Assembly (NCBI GenBank): GCA_963716395.1
Contig: OY970309.1
Location: forward strand, 2,496,001 to 2,560,000
Direction: 5' to 3'
Length of the DNA: 64,000 nt
DNA from: an uncultured Fibrobacteria bacterium
GTDB lineage: Bacteria; Fibrobacterota; Fibrobacteria; UBA11236
This document shows, piece after piece, positions 40,871 through 52,000 of the stretch. How positions within the stretch are numbered: position 1 is the first letter of the stretch; each line of letters begins with the position of its first letter. The position numbers were made by a program, and so were the translations under genes. Under the pieces are notes generated by a model. The model was not told the origin of the DNA and did not search any database. It saw only the letters and a program-made list of their open reading frames with translations.

Positions 40871-42037
40871 ATGGCGCCCGCTTTGTTCGACTCCCAGACG
40901 CGCGCGCCGGCCGACTGCTCCATCAAGGTGGGTGCGGCCGGGCAGGAGATTACCGATCTCTACCCGTTCCTGATCGAAGTGACCGTGGAGACCAGCCGCA
41001 CCGAAGCCGCCACCGCCACCCTGACCTTCGAGACGCGGCGCGACGAGCAGGGGACGTGGGTGGTGCAGGACGCCGGAATTCTGCTGCCGTGGGAGCCCAT
41101 CGTCATCGCGGCCGTGTTCGGCGAACGCAGCGAAGAGGTGATGCGCGGCTATATCCGCCAGGTCAACACCGAGTATCCCGAAAACCAGGGTAGCGCGCAG
41201 GTTAAGGTGGAGTGCCAGGATACTTCCCTCCGCCTGGATCGCGTGCAACAGCGCAAAACCTGGGGCACCACCGATGCGCCCGTCACCGACCCGCAAATCG
41301 TGAATCAAATCCTGTCGGCCTATGACGGCGTTACCACGGCCTCGTCTCTGGGGACCGGGCAAGACGGTTTGATCAACATCAACCAGAACGAGTCGGATAT
41401 CCAATTCCTGAAAAAGCGGGCCGAGGTCAACGGCTACGAACTCATCTTCTCCGAGGGCCAGTTGTATTTCGGCCCTCTGCGCCTCGAAGCCGACGCGCAG
41501 GACAGCATATTGGTTTACGCCGGTCCCGATACGAATTGCCTGAGCTTCCGCGTCAGCGCCGACGGGCATTTGCCGGACGCGATCGCCTACGATATCCCGG
41601 ATGCCCAAGGCAGCGGAACGACTTCCAGCGACCCCATTCCGCCGAATCTGCATCGGCTGGGACCCACGCATGCCGACAGCAACGCGTCGGGACTGGAAAA
41701 CTTCGTGTGGAAGATGAGCGGCGAAGCCTCGGCCGACGGCGCCAGCGTGCAGAACCTGGCGCAGCAAAAGGCCAATGAATACGACATCCAGAAGGTGAAG
41801 GCCGAAGGCGAACTCGACGGCACCTTGTACGGCCACGTGCTCCAGGTCGGCTTGCCCGTGCCCGTGGATGGCCTGGGAGACTGGCTGTCGGGAACCTATT
41901 ACGTCGACAAGGTGAGCCACACCTTCAACGACAACGGCTACAAGCAGCGCTTCAACCTGTTGCGCAACGCCTTTGGCGACAATCTCGATTCTCTACCCGG
42001 CGGCGGCGTGCTGGGCGCGGTGTTGGGGGCGCTATGA
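40871..42037 (+). CDS. Baseplate hub (phage late control D / gp27-like)
   Basis: QNESDIQFLKKRA..NGYE, GELDG..YG.VL, SGTYYV.KV.H. Confidence 0.85.
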   Translation: MAPALFDSQTRAPADCSIKVGAAGQEITDLYPFLIEVTVETSRTEAATATLTFETRRDEQGTWVVQDAGILLPWEPIVIAAVFGERSEEVMRGYIRQVNTEYPENQGSAQVKVECQDTSLRLDRVQQRKTWGTTDAPVTDPQIVNQILSAYDGVTTASSLGTGQDGLININQNESDIQFLKKRAEVNGYELIFSEGQLYFGPLRLEADAQDSILVYAGPDTNCLSFRVSADGHLPDAIAYDIPDAQGSGTTSSDPIPPNLHRLGPTHADSNASGLENFVWKMSGEASADGASVQNLAQQKANEYDIQKVKAEGELDGTLYGHVLQVGLPVPVDGLGDWLSGTYYVDKVSHTFNDNGYKQRFNLLRNAFGDNLDSLPGGGVLGAVLGAL

Positions 42038-42864
42038 GCACCGAAGAGGAATTGATGCGCATGGTGCGCGCCTTGCGCGACCGCCATTTCGGCAAGTACC
42101 GCGGCTTTGTGGTCGACAACGCCGATCCCGACAAGCGCGGCCGGCTCAAGGTCAGCGTGCCCGCTTTGTTCGCGCAGGAGACCTTGGATTGGGCCTTGCC
42201 CTGTCTGCCCTTCGGCGGCTTGCAGGATCAAGGCCTGTTTGTCGTGCCGGATATCGGGGCGCAGGTATGGGTCGAATTCGAGAGCGGCGATCGCAACTAT
42301 CCGCTGTGGACCGGAACCTTCTGGCAGGCGCAGGGCGATGCGCCCAAAGACGCGGGCGGCAATGATCCCGATCCCACCGTGCGGGTCATCAAGACGGCGA
42401 AAGGGCATTTCCTTCTCTTCAACGACGCCGACAACGCCGAGCAAATCCATCTGGAGCACAGCGCCGGCGCCACGCTCGACATCGATGCGCACGGCACCAT
42501 GGTGTTGACCGACGCCGGTAACAACAGCGTGACCTTGGACGCGCAGAACAAAAAGATCGCCCTGGAAGACGCGAACAACAACACCGTGACCCTGGATTCC
42601 TCCGGTATCAAGTTGCAGGACGGCAACGGCAATTCCATCGAGATGAGCGCCAGCGGCGTGAAGATCTCGGGACAGCAAATCGTGCTCGACGGCACCCAGG
42701 TGGCGCTGGGCGGATCGGGCGGCGAGCCCATCATCAAGGGCCAGAGTTTTCTCACCTTGCTGGCCACGCACATCCATACCTGCCCGCCCACCGGCGGCCC
42801 GAGCACGCCGCCCATTCCGCAAGGCGAGATGAGCACCTTGTCGATGAAAGTAATGACATCCTGA
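42034..42864 (+). CDS. Baseplate spike (gpV/gp5 OB-fold plus beta-helix)
   Basis: GKYRGFVVDNADP.KRGRLKV.VP, VWVEFESGD..YPLW.G, repeated beta-strand units, C-terminal THIH. Confidence 0.92.
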   Translation: MSTEEELMRMVRALRDRHFGKYRGFVVDNADPDKRGRLKVSVPALFAQETLDWALPCLPFGGLQDQGLFVVPDIGAQVWVEFESGDRNYPLWTGTFWQAQGDAPKDAGGNDPDPTVRVIKTAKGHFLLFNDADNAEQIHLEHSAGATLDIDAHGTMVLTDAGNNSVTLDAQNKKIALEDANNNTVTLDSSGIKLQDGNGNSIEMSASGVKISGQQIVLDGTQVALGGSGGEPIIKGQSFLTLLATHIHTCPPTGGPSTPPIPQGEMSTLSMKVMTS

Positions 42865-42865
42865 T

Positions 42866-43252
42866 ATGGCGCAGCGGCTCACCGATCCCCCGTATCTGGA
42901 ATTTCCCCTGCGCATTCAAAGCGCGGGCGCGGTGCAGGCCGATCGCTCGCGCCATGTGCGCGATCAAATCGAACAGGTTTTGTTCACCTTACCCAATGAA
43001 CGCGTGTTCCGCCCCGACTTCGGCGCCGGGGTGCAGGCCTTGGTGTTCGAACCCAATGCATCGGCCATGTGGCTGGTGACGCGCAAACGGCTCATCTCCT
43101 CGCTGGCCCAGGCCTTGAGCGGCGACGTGGATCCGCGTTCCCTCGACGTCGACGTGACCGGCCAGGACGCCACCTTGAGCATCACCGTGTCGTACAGCCT
43201 CTCGACCCTGGGCGTGCGTGATTCCCAAACCTTCGCCCTGGGGGGTGGGTAA
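42866..43252 (+). CDS. GPW/gp25 family baseplate protein
   Basis: FPL, IEQVLFTLPNERVFRPDFGAG, VFEPN. Confidence 0.92.
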   Translation: MAQRLTDPPYLEFPLRIQSAGAVQADRSRHVRDQIEQVLFTLPNERVFRPDFGAGVQALVFEPNASAMWLVTRKRLISSLAQALSGDVDPRSLDVDVTGQDATLSITVSYSLSTLGVRDSQTFALGGG

Positions 43253-43253
43253 C

Positions 43254-44441
43254 ATGGCCGATAACCCGCAAATCGATTTGGTGTTCCAGGGCCAATGCCC
43301 GGATTGCGCCGAGCGCGTGGCGGAAATGCCCCAGGCCCTGCCCGCCGTGGGCGACGACTTCGATTGGAATGTCCGCGACTTCGACTCGTTCCGCCGCTTC
43401 CTGCTCGAGGAATTGGCCGCGCGCTTTCCCGCACGCACGCGCTGGACGCCGGCCGACGTCGAAGTCGCCTTGGCCGAAGTGCTGGCCTTTGCGCTGGATC
43501 AACTTTCCGACGCCTTGGATCGCGTGGCTGCCGAAGGCGTGCTCGCCACTGCGCGCCGCCCCGAATCGGTGCGCCGGCTGCTGAATCTGATCGGCTATGA
43601 CGCGCTGGCCTTGGCGAACGCCGAGCGGAACAACTTTTTCAACCACCCGGTCACGCCCGGCGATACGCGCACGCCCGAGCAGCGCTTCGAGCAATTCTGG
43701 TCCGACAACCCGGCGGAAATGGAAGCGGCGCGCATCACGGGTCCGCGCGAAATCCACACCCAGCGTCGCATGGTCACGCTCGACGATTACGTCACCCGCC
43801 TCGAAGAACATCCGCTGGTGCTGCGCGCGCAGTCTTCTTCGGCCTGGAGCGGATCCTGGACGCGCGTGCAGGTGGCCGTGATCAATTGGCAGCGCCATGC
43901 GCTCGACGAAACCGGCGTAGTCTTTCCCGGGGATCTCTGGACCGAGGTCGCCAATTTTTACACCGAGCGCGGATTGGATGCGCCCAACCTCAGCGCGCTC
44001 ACCACCTTGCGCAGCGTCCTTATGCCCTATATTGATGCCTATCGCATGGCCGGCCAGGAAGTGGTGCTGCTGGACGCGGTGGAAGTCGGTATTCTCATTT
44101 CGCTCTCCATCGAAGTCGACGCCAATTATTTCCAGTCCGAAGTGCGCCGCGCCGTGGAGCAGGCCTTGGGCACGGGGCCCGGCGGCTTTTTCGAACCGGG
44201 TCGCCTGCAATTCGGCGAAGACCTGCATGCCGGAGATTTGTTCCAGACCTTGATGTCGCTCGACGGCGTCGACAACGTGTGCTTGAACCGCTTCAAACGC
44301 ATGGGCGATCAATATCCCGATGAAGCCGATTTTGGCCGCATCACCTTGAGCGGGCTCGAGGTCGCCATCTGCGACGACGATCCCCAGCATCCGGAACGCG
44401 GCTATTACCGGCTCAAGCTGGGCGGCGGACGCAAGGGTTAG
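43254..44441 (+). CDS. Baseplate J-like wedge protein
   Basis: RDFDSFRR, DQLS..LDRVAAE..LATAR, RMVTLDDY, GVDNV. Confidence 0.85.
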   Translation: MADNPQIDLVFQGQCPDCAERVAEMPQALPAVGDDFDWNVRDFDSFRRFLLEELAARFPARTRWTPADVEVALAEVLAFALDQLSDALDRVAAEGVLATARRPESVRRLLNLIGYDALALANAERNNFFNHPVTPGDTRTPEQRFEQFWSDNPAEMEAARITGPREIHTQRRMVTLDDYVTRLEEHPLVLRAQSSSAWSGSWTRVQVAVINWQRHALDETGVVFPGDLWTEVANFYTERGLDAPNLSALTTLRSVLMPYIDAYRMAGQEVVLLDAVEVGILISLSIEVDANYFQSEVRRAVEQALGTGPGGFFEPGRLQFGEDLHAGDLFQTLMSLDGVDNVCLNRFKRMGDQYPDEADFGRITLSGLEVAICDDDPQHPERGYYRLKLGGGRKG

Positions 44442-44455
44442 CCGGGTAGGGAAGC

Positions 44456-47380
44456 ATGGCCGAAGACTTGACCCGTTGGAACCGCGCCGGACTCACGCGC
44501 TTCCGTTATATCGACGGCAATGCCGCGACGTATCTGGAATATTTGCGTGGCCTGTTGGCCGAGCGCTTTCCCGCCTGGGGTGAAGTACAGGCCGTGATAC
44601 CCGCCGATGAGACCGAAGCCGCAACCAAGCAGCGCCTCGAGGATCAATACGCCCAAACACCAGGCGATTTGCTCGCGGCCCTGCTGCGCACCTTTGCGCG
44701 CGCCACGCATATCCTCACCGAAACCGCCGATGCCTACGCCAACGAAGCCTATCTCGGCACGGCCACGCAATGGGACAACGTGCGCAAGCTGGTGGAGATG
44801 CTCGACTATCATCCCAGCCCGCCGGCTTCGGCTTTCACCACCTTGCTGCTCAACGCCAAAGAGGGCCAAAGCGGCGTGGTGTCAACGGGTTTCCAAATCA
44901 AATACGCGCCGGCCACGGGCGATCCCGTGGTGTTCGAAACCCTGGCCGACCTCACCGTCGATTCCACCCTCAACGCCTTGCACCCCAGCGAATACCTGCG
45001 CAACCCGGCGCGGCTCGGCGGCCATACCTTGGCGTTGGCCGGCAAGGTCGAAGATTTGAAAACCGGCGAACCGTTGGTGCTCGAAGACGAACGCAACGGA
45101 AATTTGCTGGCGTACATCATTCAAGGCGTGGCCGAAAGCGACGACGCGACCACGGTCACTGTCAATCCTCCGCTGTCGCATCAATTCGCGTCGGGCTATA
45201 CCCTCGTGCATGCGGTGGCCAAAGACAAGCTTTCGCCGCTGGCTCCCAAGGCGTCGGGCGCGGTGATTGCGCGCTCGCTGCAATTGACCGGCCCGACCAC
45301 GGGATTACAGGCGGGCGACGTGGTCATCGTGGGATCGCCGGGCAAAAAACCTTTTTACCAGCGCCTGCGCTATGTCGAGCCCACGCGCCTGGTGTTCACC
45401 GAAGACCTGGGCGAACTCGATCTCGACAACGCCACGGTGTCGCAACCCGTAACCCTGGCCGTGGCCCAGCACGGCCAGCGCAGCACCTCGGGCGGCAGCG
45501 TGCTCGGCATCGTGTACGCGGCCGGCGATTGGACGCGTCTGGCCGGGCTGTGGGCGGCGGATTCACGCCTGGCGGGCACGCAAAAAGTCTTGCCGATGTA
45601 TGAGGTGATGACGGCCAATTACGTCGCGGCCGGCACCAGCGTTTCGCCGCCCCCGGCTAACGCCAAGGCCGGCTTCACGGCTTTGACCTTGCGCTGGAAC
45701 CAGAACGAGGATCGCGTGTCGGCCGCCGGAGAATTTTACTTGAACAATCCCCAAACATTATTGGTGCCCCCGGTGTCGCCCGGGCCTTGGCAGGTGGACG
45801 CGTTTTTGCAGAAGTCTTCCGGGCATTTGCCCTCGACGGTGGTGACGAACCTGGCCAAGAAGGCCGCCGCGGGGGATTTGGCCGTGGTGGTCGAAGCCGG
45901 CCAAGCCGCCTGGTGCCGGCTGCAATCGGTGGCCAACGATTTGCAGCACGGCCAATCGCAATTGCGCGCCCAAGGCGGCTGGCAGGATCGGGGCGGCGGA
46001 CCGTTTTACCTGACCCGCACCACGGTGTATGCGCATTTCCAAACCCAGGCCCGCGTCTTGAATTGGACGGAAAACGATACGGCCATCACGGGGAAAATCG
46101 TGCCCGTCGCCGCCATTCCCGCTGCGTTGGCCAAGGGGCGCGTGCTGGTGGCCCAGAGCAACGGGGCGGCGGTCAAAACCACGGTGGCGCAATTGCATGC
46201 CGGCGCCAGTCCGCCGCAAATCATTCTGGCCGACGACGTACCCGACGGGTCCACCGTCAACTCGCTGGTGCTGGGCGGTAATGCCGTGCCGGCCGGGCAT
46301 GGCGAAACGCGATCGGAACGCGTGCTGGGCAGCGGCGACGCCACCCAGCTCAACATGTCTTTTCTGCTGCCCTTGTCGGGAATCTCTTTCGTGGCCGACG
46401 CCTCGCAGCCCAGCGGCGTGGCCGCGGCCATGGACGTCAAGGTCGACGGCGTGATTTGGAACCAGGTCGGCAACCTCAAGGATTCCGGTCCGGCCGATAT
46501 CGATTACACGGTGCGCATGACGGAAGACGGCTATGTCACCATCGGCTTCGGCGACGGCGTCAACGGCCGCCGCCTGCCCACGGGGACGAACAATGTGCGC
46601 GTCCAGTTCCGCCAGGGCGTGGGCGCAGCCGGGAATTTATCCGTGGGATCGCTGGTGAAACCGGTGAAGCCGCATCGCCTGCTTGAGTCCACCATGCCGG
46701 TCTCCCAGCCGTTGCCGGCTAGCGGCGGGGCCGACATGGAAGGCGTGGAATCGCTGCGCACCGACGCGCCGGCCACGGTGCTGACCTTGGAGCGCGCGGT
46801 GTCGCTCGACGATTTTGCCCTGCTCATGCGCGCCAACAGCAGCGTGGCGCAAGCGCGCGCCTTTTCGCTGCCCACGGGATTCGGCCAGCGCGAAAACATC
46901 GAAGTGGTGGTGATTCCCGCGGGCGGTGCGGCCTTCACGCCCGATCTCGCAGCCGCCTTGGAAAGTTATGCCTTAACCGCGGCGTTACCTGGGGTGCAGG
47001 TCAAGGCCAGCGCCTATGAGCCGGTCATCGTGTCGTTTTCCATCACCATCCGCGTGATCACTGCCGAGTTCGACGGCGACGCCGTGGCCGCCGAAGTGCG
47101 GTCGCAGCTCGCATCGGCTTTTGCTTTGCGGAGCCGCGGGCTGGGCCAGGCCTTGTACCAGGGTGACTTGTTTAAGGTGGTCGAAGGCGTCGAAGGCGTG
47201 GAGAACTCGGATTGCGTGATTCAATTCAATCCCGTGGGCCAAGCCCTGACCGAGCAGCCGCAGGTCGTGGCCGGGCCCGACGGCATGATCCGCATGCTGC
47301 GCCCGGGGGATCGGCAATGTTTGCATTTGGATCCTGTGCATCCTGTGGTTGATGTCACCGTGCAGGAATATTCGTTATGA
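44456..47380 (+). CDS. Large baseplate J-like assembly protein
   Basis: ANEAYLGTATQ, VVFET, GNAV.AGHGET, FGDGVNGRRLPTG..NV, GGAD.E, RAVSLDDF. Confidence 0.88.
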   Translation: MAEDLTRWNRAGLTRFRYIDGNAATYLEYLRGLLAERFPAWGEVQAVIPADETEAATKQRLEDQYAQTPGDLLAALLRTFARATHILTETADAYANEAYLGTATQWDNVRKLVEMLDYHPSPPASAFTTLLLNAKEGQSGVVSTGFQIKYAPATGDPVVFETLADLTVDSTLNALHPSEYLRNPARLGGHTLALAGKVEDLKTGEPLVLEDERNGNLLAYIIQGVAESDDATTVTVNPPLSHQFASGYTLVHAVAKDKLSPLAPKASGAVIARSLQLTGPTTGLQAGDVVIVGSPGKKPFYQRLRYVEPTRLVFTEDLGELDLDNATVSQPVTLAVAQHGQRSTSGGSVLGIVYAAGDWTRLAGLWAADSRLAGTQKVLPMYEVMTANYVAAGTSVSPPPANAKAGFTALTLRWNQNEDRVSAAGEFYLNNPQTLLVPPVSPGPWQVDAFLQKSSGHLPSTVVTNLAKKAAAGDLAVVVEAGQAAWCRLQSVANDLQHGQSQLRAQGGWQDRGGGPFYLTRTTVYAHFQTQARVLNWTENDTAITGKIVPVAAIPAALAKGRVLVAQSNGAAVKTTVAQLHAGASPPQIILADDVPDGSTVNSLVLGGNAVPAGHGETRSERVLGSGDATQLNMSFLLPLSGISFVADASQPSGVAAAMDVKVDGVIWNQVGNLKDSGPADIDYTVRMTEDGYVTIGFGDGVNGRRLPTGTNNVRVQFRQGVGAAGNLSVGSLVKPVKPHRLLESTMPVSQPLPASGGADMEGVESLRTDAPATVLTLERAVSLDDFALLMRANSSVAQARAFSLPTGFGQRENIEVVVIPAGGAAFTPDLAAALESYALTAALPGVQVKASAYEPVIVSFSITIRVITAEFDGDAVAAEVRSQLASAFALRSRGLGQALYQGDLFKVVEGVEGVENSDCVIQFNPVGQALTEQPQVVAGPDGMIRMLRPGDRQCLHLDPVHPVVDVTVQEYSL

Positions 47381-48987
47381 ACGTAGAAGCCGATTTGGCC
47401 AACCAACTGTACCGATTGTTGCCGGGCGTGTTTCGCACGCGCGACAACCCGACCCTCGACACGAACGGCGGCGTCCTTGAACCCGGCGACTTGGCCCAAT
47501 GGCTGTCGGCCCAAGGCACCTTGCTCGACCGCGTGCATCGGACCTTGGTGCAAATGCTGTATGATCATTTTCCCGACGAAGCCGGCGACGACGCCAACGG
47601 CACGCCCCGCAGTTGCCAGCCCTGGCTGCTGCCGTATTTCGCCCAGTTGCTCGACGTATCCTTGGTGTCACCCGAGGTCGAGGGCCAGCGCGCCGAAGTC
47701 GCCAACGCCGTGGTCTGGCGCCAACGCAAGGGCACCTTGCCCTGTGTCGAAGACATCGCACGGCAAGTCGGGCAGCTCGAAGTCGAAATCCAGGAAGGCT
47801 GGCAGCGTGTGGCCGTCACCCCGCGCGTGGGCGATCCCCTATTGCCGGCCACAGCCCTGGGCGAAGCGCATGATCTAAACATGAACACCTTGCCGCCCAC
47901 CCGTCGGGCCTTGCATCCCGGCTTACCGGCGGCCACCATCGACTTTCGGCAATTGTCGCGCGCCGTACAATGCGATCCGTCCAATCCGGCCGCCCACACC
48001 ACCGTGTTTGCGGGTATGCCGGTGTCGTGGCGGCGCATCCATCCGCATGGCGCGCCCTGTTTACCCGGAAGTTACCAGGATTCCAGCCGCCGCGTGCCGG
48101 ATCTGCGCGACCCGGCCTGGAACCGCGGCCAATTCCATCCGCGCCGTTTGCTTTTGTTCTTTCCTCCGCCCGACGGTTTTTTCAGCCGCACGGCCTCCAG
48201 CGTTTTGTGGACCGATATTCAGGCCGAAAGCAATTTCGGGAATAGCCTGATTCAAATCCACACCGACACGTCCTCGTTCCATGGCGCGACGGTGCCGCGT
48301 GTGCGCTATGTCGGCCTCACGCCCGATCCCTTGCGCATCAAAGGGCCGATCACCTTGGCCGCCGACGCCGTCTACCATTTCGAAAACGTGTGGCTCGACA
48401 GTAACCTCGACGTGACGCATGGCAAAGCCGAATTCGTGGGTTGCGCCGTGCATAAAATAACGGTGCATGCCGCCGGCGTGAACGAACCGGCGCTTGACGC
48501 CCAAGACACCTTGATCCGCACCCTCCTCGTATCCAAGGCATTGGCGCGCCTCGAATACGTGACCGTGCTGCATGAACTCGTGGCCCAGGCCCTGCAAGCC
48601 AGCGATTGCATATTGCTGCCGGATCTGCACAAGGATTTGTCGGGCACGGCGCCGCCGGCCAGCGGCTGCCTGCGGTATTCGCGCCTTCCCGCTCAAACCT
48701 TTCCCTTGTCCTTGTCGCTTTTGCAAAGCAGCAATACCGACGCCCCGCCCTGGTTTTTCTCCACCCAATTCGGACAACCCGGCTGCGGAGTGCTGCACCC
48801 CGGCGCGGACCCCGCGCTACTGTCGGGCGCCGAAGACGGCGGCGAAATGGGGGCCTATCACGACCGGCGTTATGTGCTGCGGCAGCAGGCCATTGTCGAC
48901 AAGCTCGCCGATTATCTGCCGGTGGGATTGACCCCGGTGCTCATTCCCGATACCACCTTGTCCTGCCCGCCGCCGCGCGCCGTTTGA
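47377..48987 (+). CDS. Phage tail protein (P2 gpI-like baseplate wedge)
   Basis: LYRLLPGVFRTRD, WLLPYFAQLL, RAEVANAV.WRQRKGT, GAEDGGEMGAYH, YLPVG. Confidence 0.85.
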   Translation: MNVEADLANQLYRLLPGVFRTRDNPTLDTNGGVLEPGDLAQWLSAQGTLLDRVHRTLVQMLYDHFPDEAGDDANGTPRSCQPWLLPYFAQLLDVSLVSPEVEGQRAEVANAVVWRQRKGTLPCVEDIARQVGQLEVEIQEGWQRVAVTPRVGDPLLPATALGEAHDLNMNTLPPTRRALHPGLPAATIDFRQLSRAVQCDPSNPAAHTTVFAGMPVSWRRIHPHGAPCLPGSYQDSSRRVPDLRDPAWNRGQFHPRRLLLFFPPPDGFFSRTASSVLWTDIQAESNFGNSLIQIHTDTSSFHGATVPRVRYVGLTPDPLRIKGPITLAADAVYHFENVWLDSNLDVTHGKAEFVGCAVHKITVHAAGVNEPALDAQDTLIRTLLVSKALARLEYVTVLHELVAQALQASDCILLPDLHKDLSGTAPPASGCLRYSRLPAQTFPLSLSLLQSSNTDAPPWFFSTQFGQPGCGVLHPGADPALLSGAEDGGEMGAYHDRRYVLRQQAIVDKLADYLPVGLTPVLIPDTTLSCPPPRAV

Positions 48988-49009
48988 CCCAACTTTTTCC
49001 GAGGACACC

Positions 49010-52000
49010 ATGAAGACCCAAATCTCACGCAACAGCCTCCAGCCCGGCAAGCGTTACTCCGGCGTGTACCAGCAGCAGGGGCGGATGATCACCGACGCCG
49101 ATTGGAACGAGCTTACCGATCTCGACAAGCACCGGCTGTGGAACGCGTTGCGGGACGCCATCGGCAGCGGTGCGCCTACCGCCGGCGGCTTGGCCGTCAA
49201 CCCCGACAAAACCTTGCAGCCCGGCGTGCTCTATGCCGAAGGCGTGCCGGCCAAACTCGAAGGTGGCTCACCCGTGGCCTTCACCGCCCAGCCGGATTTT
49301 CCCGGGGCTCCGGCTTTGCCGGCCAACACGTTCACCTTGTATGCCGACGTCTGGGATCGCGCCGTGACTTCGCTGGAGGATTTGGTCTTGGTCGATCCGG
49401 GATTGCATGGGGCCGACACGTGCAGCCGCACGCAAACCATGCTGCAGGTGAAGTGGTGTCCCAACGCCGGCGATCCCGCGGACTTGAACAAAAATCCGCC
49501 CAAGGGCAACGGCCGGCTCGCGTTGCAATTGCGCACGACCTTTTCCGGCGGGGATCCCTGCGACCCCTGCGCGGCGCAGGTCAACGTCGACAACAAGGTG
49601 GGGAATTACCTGTTCCGCGTCGAAGTGCACGATCGCTACCAACAAGGCGGCCATGACTTTCTCGTGCTCAAATGGTCGCGCGACAACGGCTCCGAGCAAT
49701 ACCCGGTGGCGTCGGCGCCGCCCGATTTCAAACAGGGCGACTGGATTTACGAATTCTTCAACGACGTCACGGAGAAAAACCTGGGCGTGCATTTGGCCGC
49801 GGGATTTACCCCCTTGCGCGGCAAGCTGGTGGATGGCTACACCGTTCCCACCGCCCCCGCCGATCCCAAAACCTATGGGCGCCAATGGGACGGCTGTTGC
49901 ACCATTGACCTGACCGCCAAAACCTTGGCGGCCACCGCCACGCAGCCCGCCAAAGACAGAGGCGTGGCGTTGAGCACCACCTACGGGCTCGGAGCCCAAG
50001 GCCTGGTGACCTTGGGCGCTGCATTGCAAATCAATCTCGACTTGCTCGTCTTCAATTTGCAGTTGGATGGCTGCAACTTTGTGGCCGGCGACTATTGGCT
50101 GGCCACGGTGCGCGAAGCTACGCAAAGCGCGGGGGATTTCGTGCTGGGAACTTCGTTGACCTCCGGGGTCCCGCCCCTCGGCATTCACCACCATTATGTG
50201 TGGCTGGCCGACATCGACGGGTCGGGCGCGGTGATCGCGCCCACCGACGCGGAGAAGCGGCAATTCCATTTTCCGCCGCTGACCAATCTTCAGGCCTACG
50301 ACGTGGGGTTCACGAACAATTGCGCGACGCTGTTCACCGGCGCCCAAAACGTGCAGCAGGCGCTTGATGCGCTGTGCTTAATCGCTGCCGACGACATCGC
50401 CTATACCGTTCCAGGCTGCCCGGCGCCTTCGGTGGCGGCGTTGATGGCGGCCTCGGTGGCGGGGTGGCCCGATTTCGACGGTGACCACAAGGTTACGGTG
50501 AAAGACATGCTCGACGCTTTGCTGTGCAAACTGAGCGCTTCGTACCTGCCCTACAACGGCGCGATTCAGGGACCGCGCTGGACGGCGATTAAAAGCGAGG
50601 CCACGCCGTCGACCCCGCCGGGCACGGTGCAGCAAGCGCTCGACGATCTCGTGCAATACCTCGACTCCAAGGACATTCCGCATTATATGCAGAACTGCCC
50701 CGCGGGTTCGGAGCCCACGGTGCGTACGGCCTTGGGGTTGACCGGGGCGCAATACCCGGTCAGCGACATCTTGACCGCGCTGTTATGCCAGAAGCAGGCC
50801 GGGGGATCGAGCTGCTGCGTGTGCATCGGCCCGGGCGGCGACTTTCAGACCTTGCAAAACGCGCTCGACGCCTTCGCGGCCAATCCGGCGCCATGGACCG
50901 ATCTCATCCTATGCCTCAAGCCCGGCACCCACGTGCTGCTGGGTAACGTCGAAGTCACGGGCAAGCGTTCGGTGAAAATCACCGGATCGGGCACCTCGGC
51001 CAGCATCATCCAATTCCAGGGGGCGACTTTTCACATCCAGGCCCAGGAGATCGCTTTTGAAGATGTGGCCGTGGTCGCCACCCAGGCCGGTGGGCAACTG
51101 ATCCTGGAGGCGCCGTCGGTGTCGGCCGAAGATTCGCTGTTCCGGCGGGCGGGCAACAATCCCACCGCGCCCGCCTTGATCGCCGTGAACGCCGCGAGCA
51201 ATGGCGGCAGCGTGTTTTTCCAGAACAACACTTTGCAAAGCACCTGGCAGCGGGTGAGGCCCGGCATCAATCTCGGCAGTTATGCTCCGGTGTCCGTGGT
51301 GGGAGCCAAGACGGCGGCGGCATTCCAGAATTTGTTTGCCGATGAGACTTTGTCCGATCCCGACAAGTTCAACGCCGCCTTGATCGATCTTTCCAACCAA
51401 GTCGCGGCCCTGCCGCCAAGCACGCGCACCGCCTGGGTCCAGGCCGCGCCCAAAGCCTTGGCCGCGGCGCCGGCCAAGGCCAAAACCAAATCGGGGGCCA
51501 AATCGTCGCAGCACGCCTCGACGGCCAAGGCCAAAAAGGCTGCGCCGGCTCCGCTCAAAAGCGATGCGAAATCGGCGTCCTTCGCCATCAATGTCATCGG
51601 CAATATCACGTCGTTTCCGGTGATCCGGAACAACGGGGTCAACATCGTGGCCTCGACCCAGAATTTTTACACCCACCTCACCCAGGCCAAACTCAACCTG
51701 CCTTCGGTCCAGAGCGATTTGGCCGGCCTGGTGCTGGGTCTCATCGAATCGGGGTTCTGCCAGGCTTTGACTTTGAGTTCGATCCAAGTCGGCGGATCGC
51801 TGGCCTACAATACGGTGAATGGCGAGGTCGTGGTGCTCAACAACGGCGCGGCCGGAGCGGATATCGGCAAAAACGGCGTGCTGCAGCAGGTGGGGAGCCT
51901 CGTGGTGGCAAGCGTATCTCCCATCAGCGCCAACGGCGCCAAGTTGGATCTCGTGCACAATTCCATCGCGCGTTTTTCACAGCAGGTGCCGGCCGCCGCT

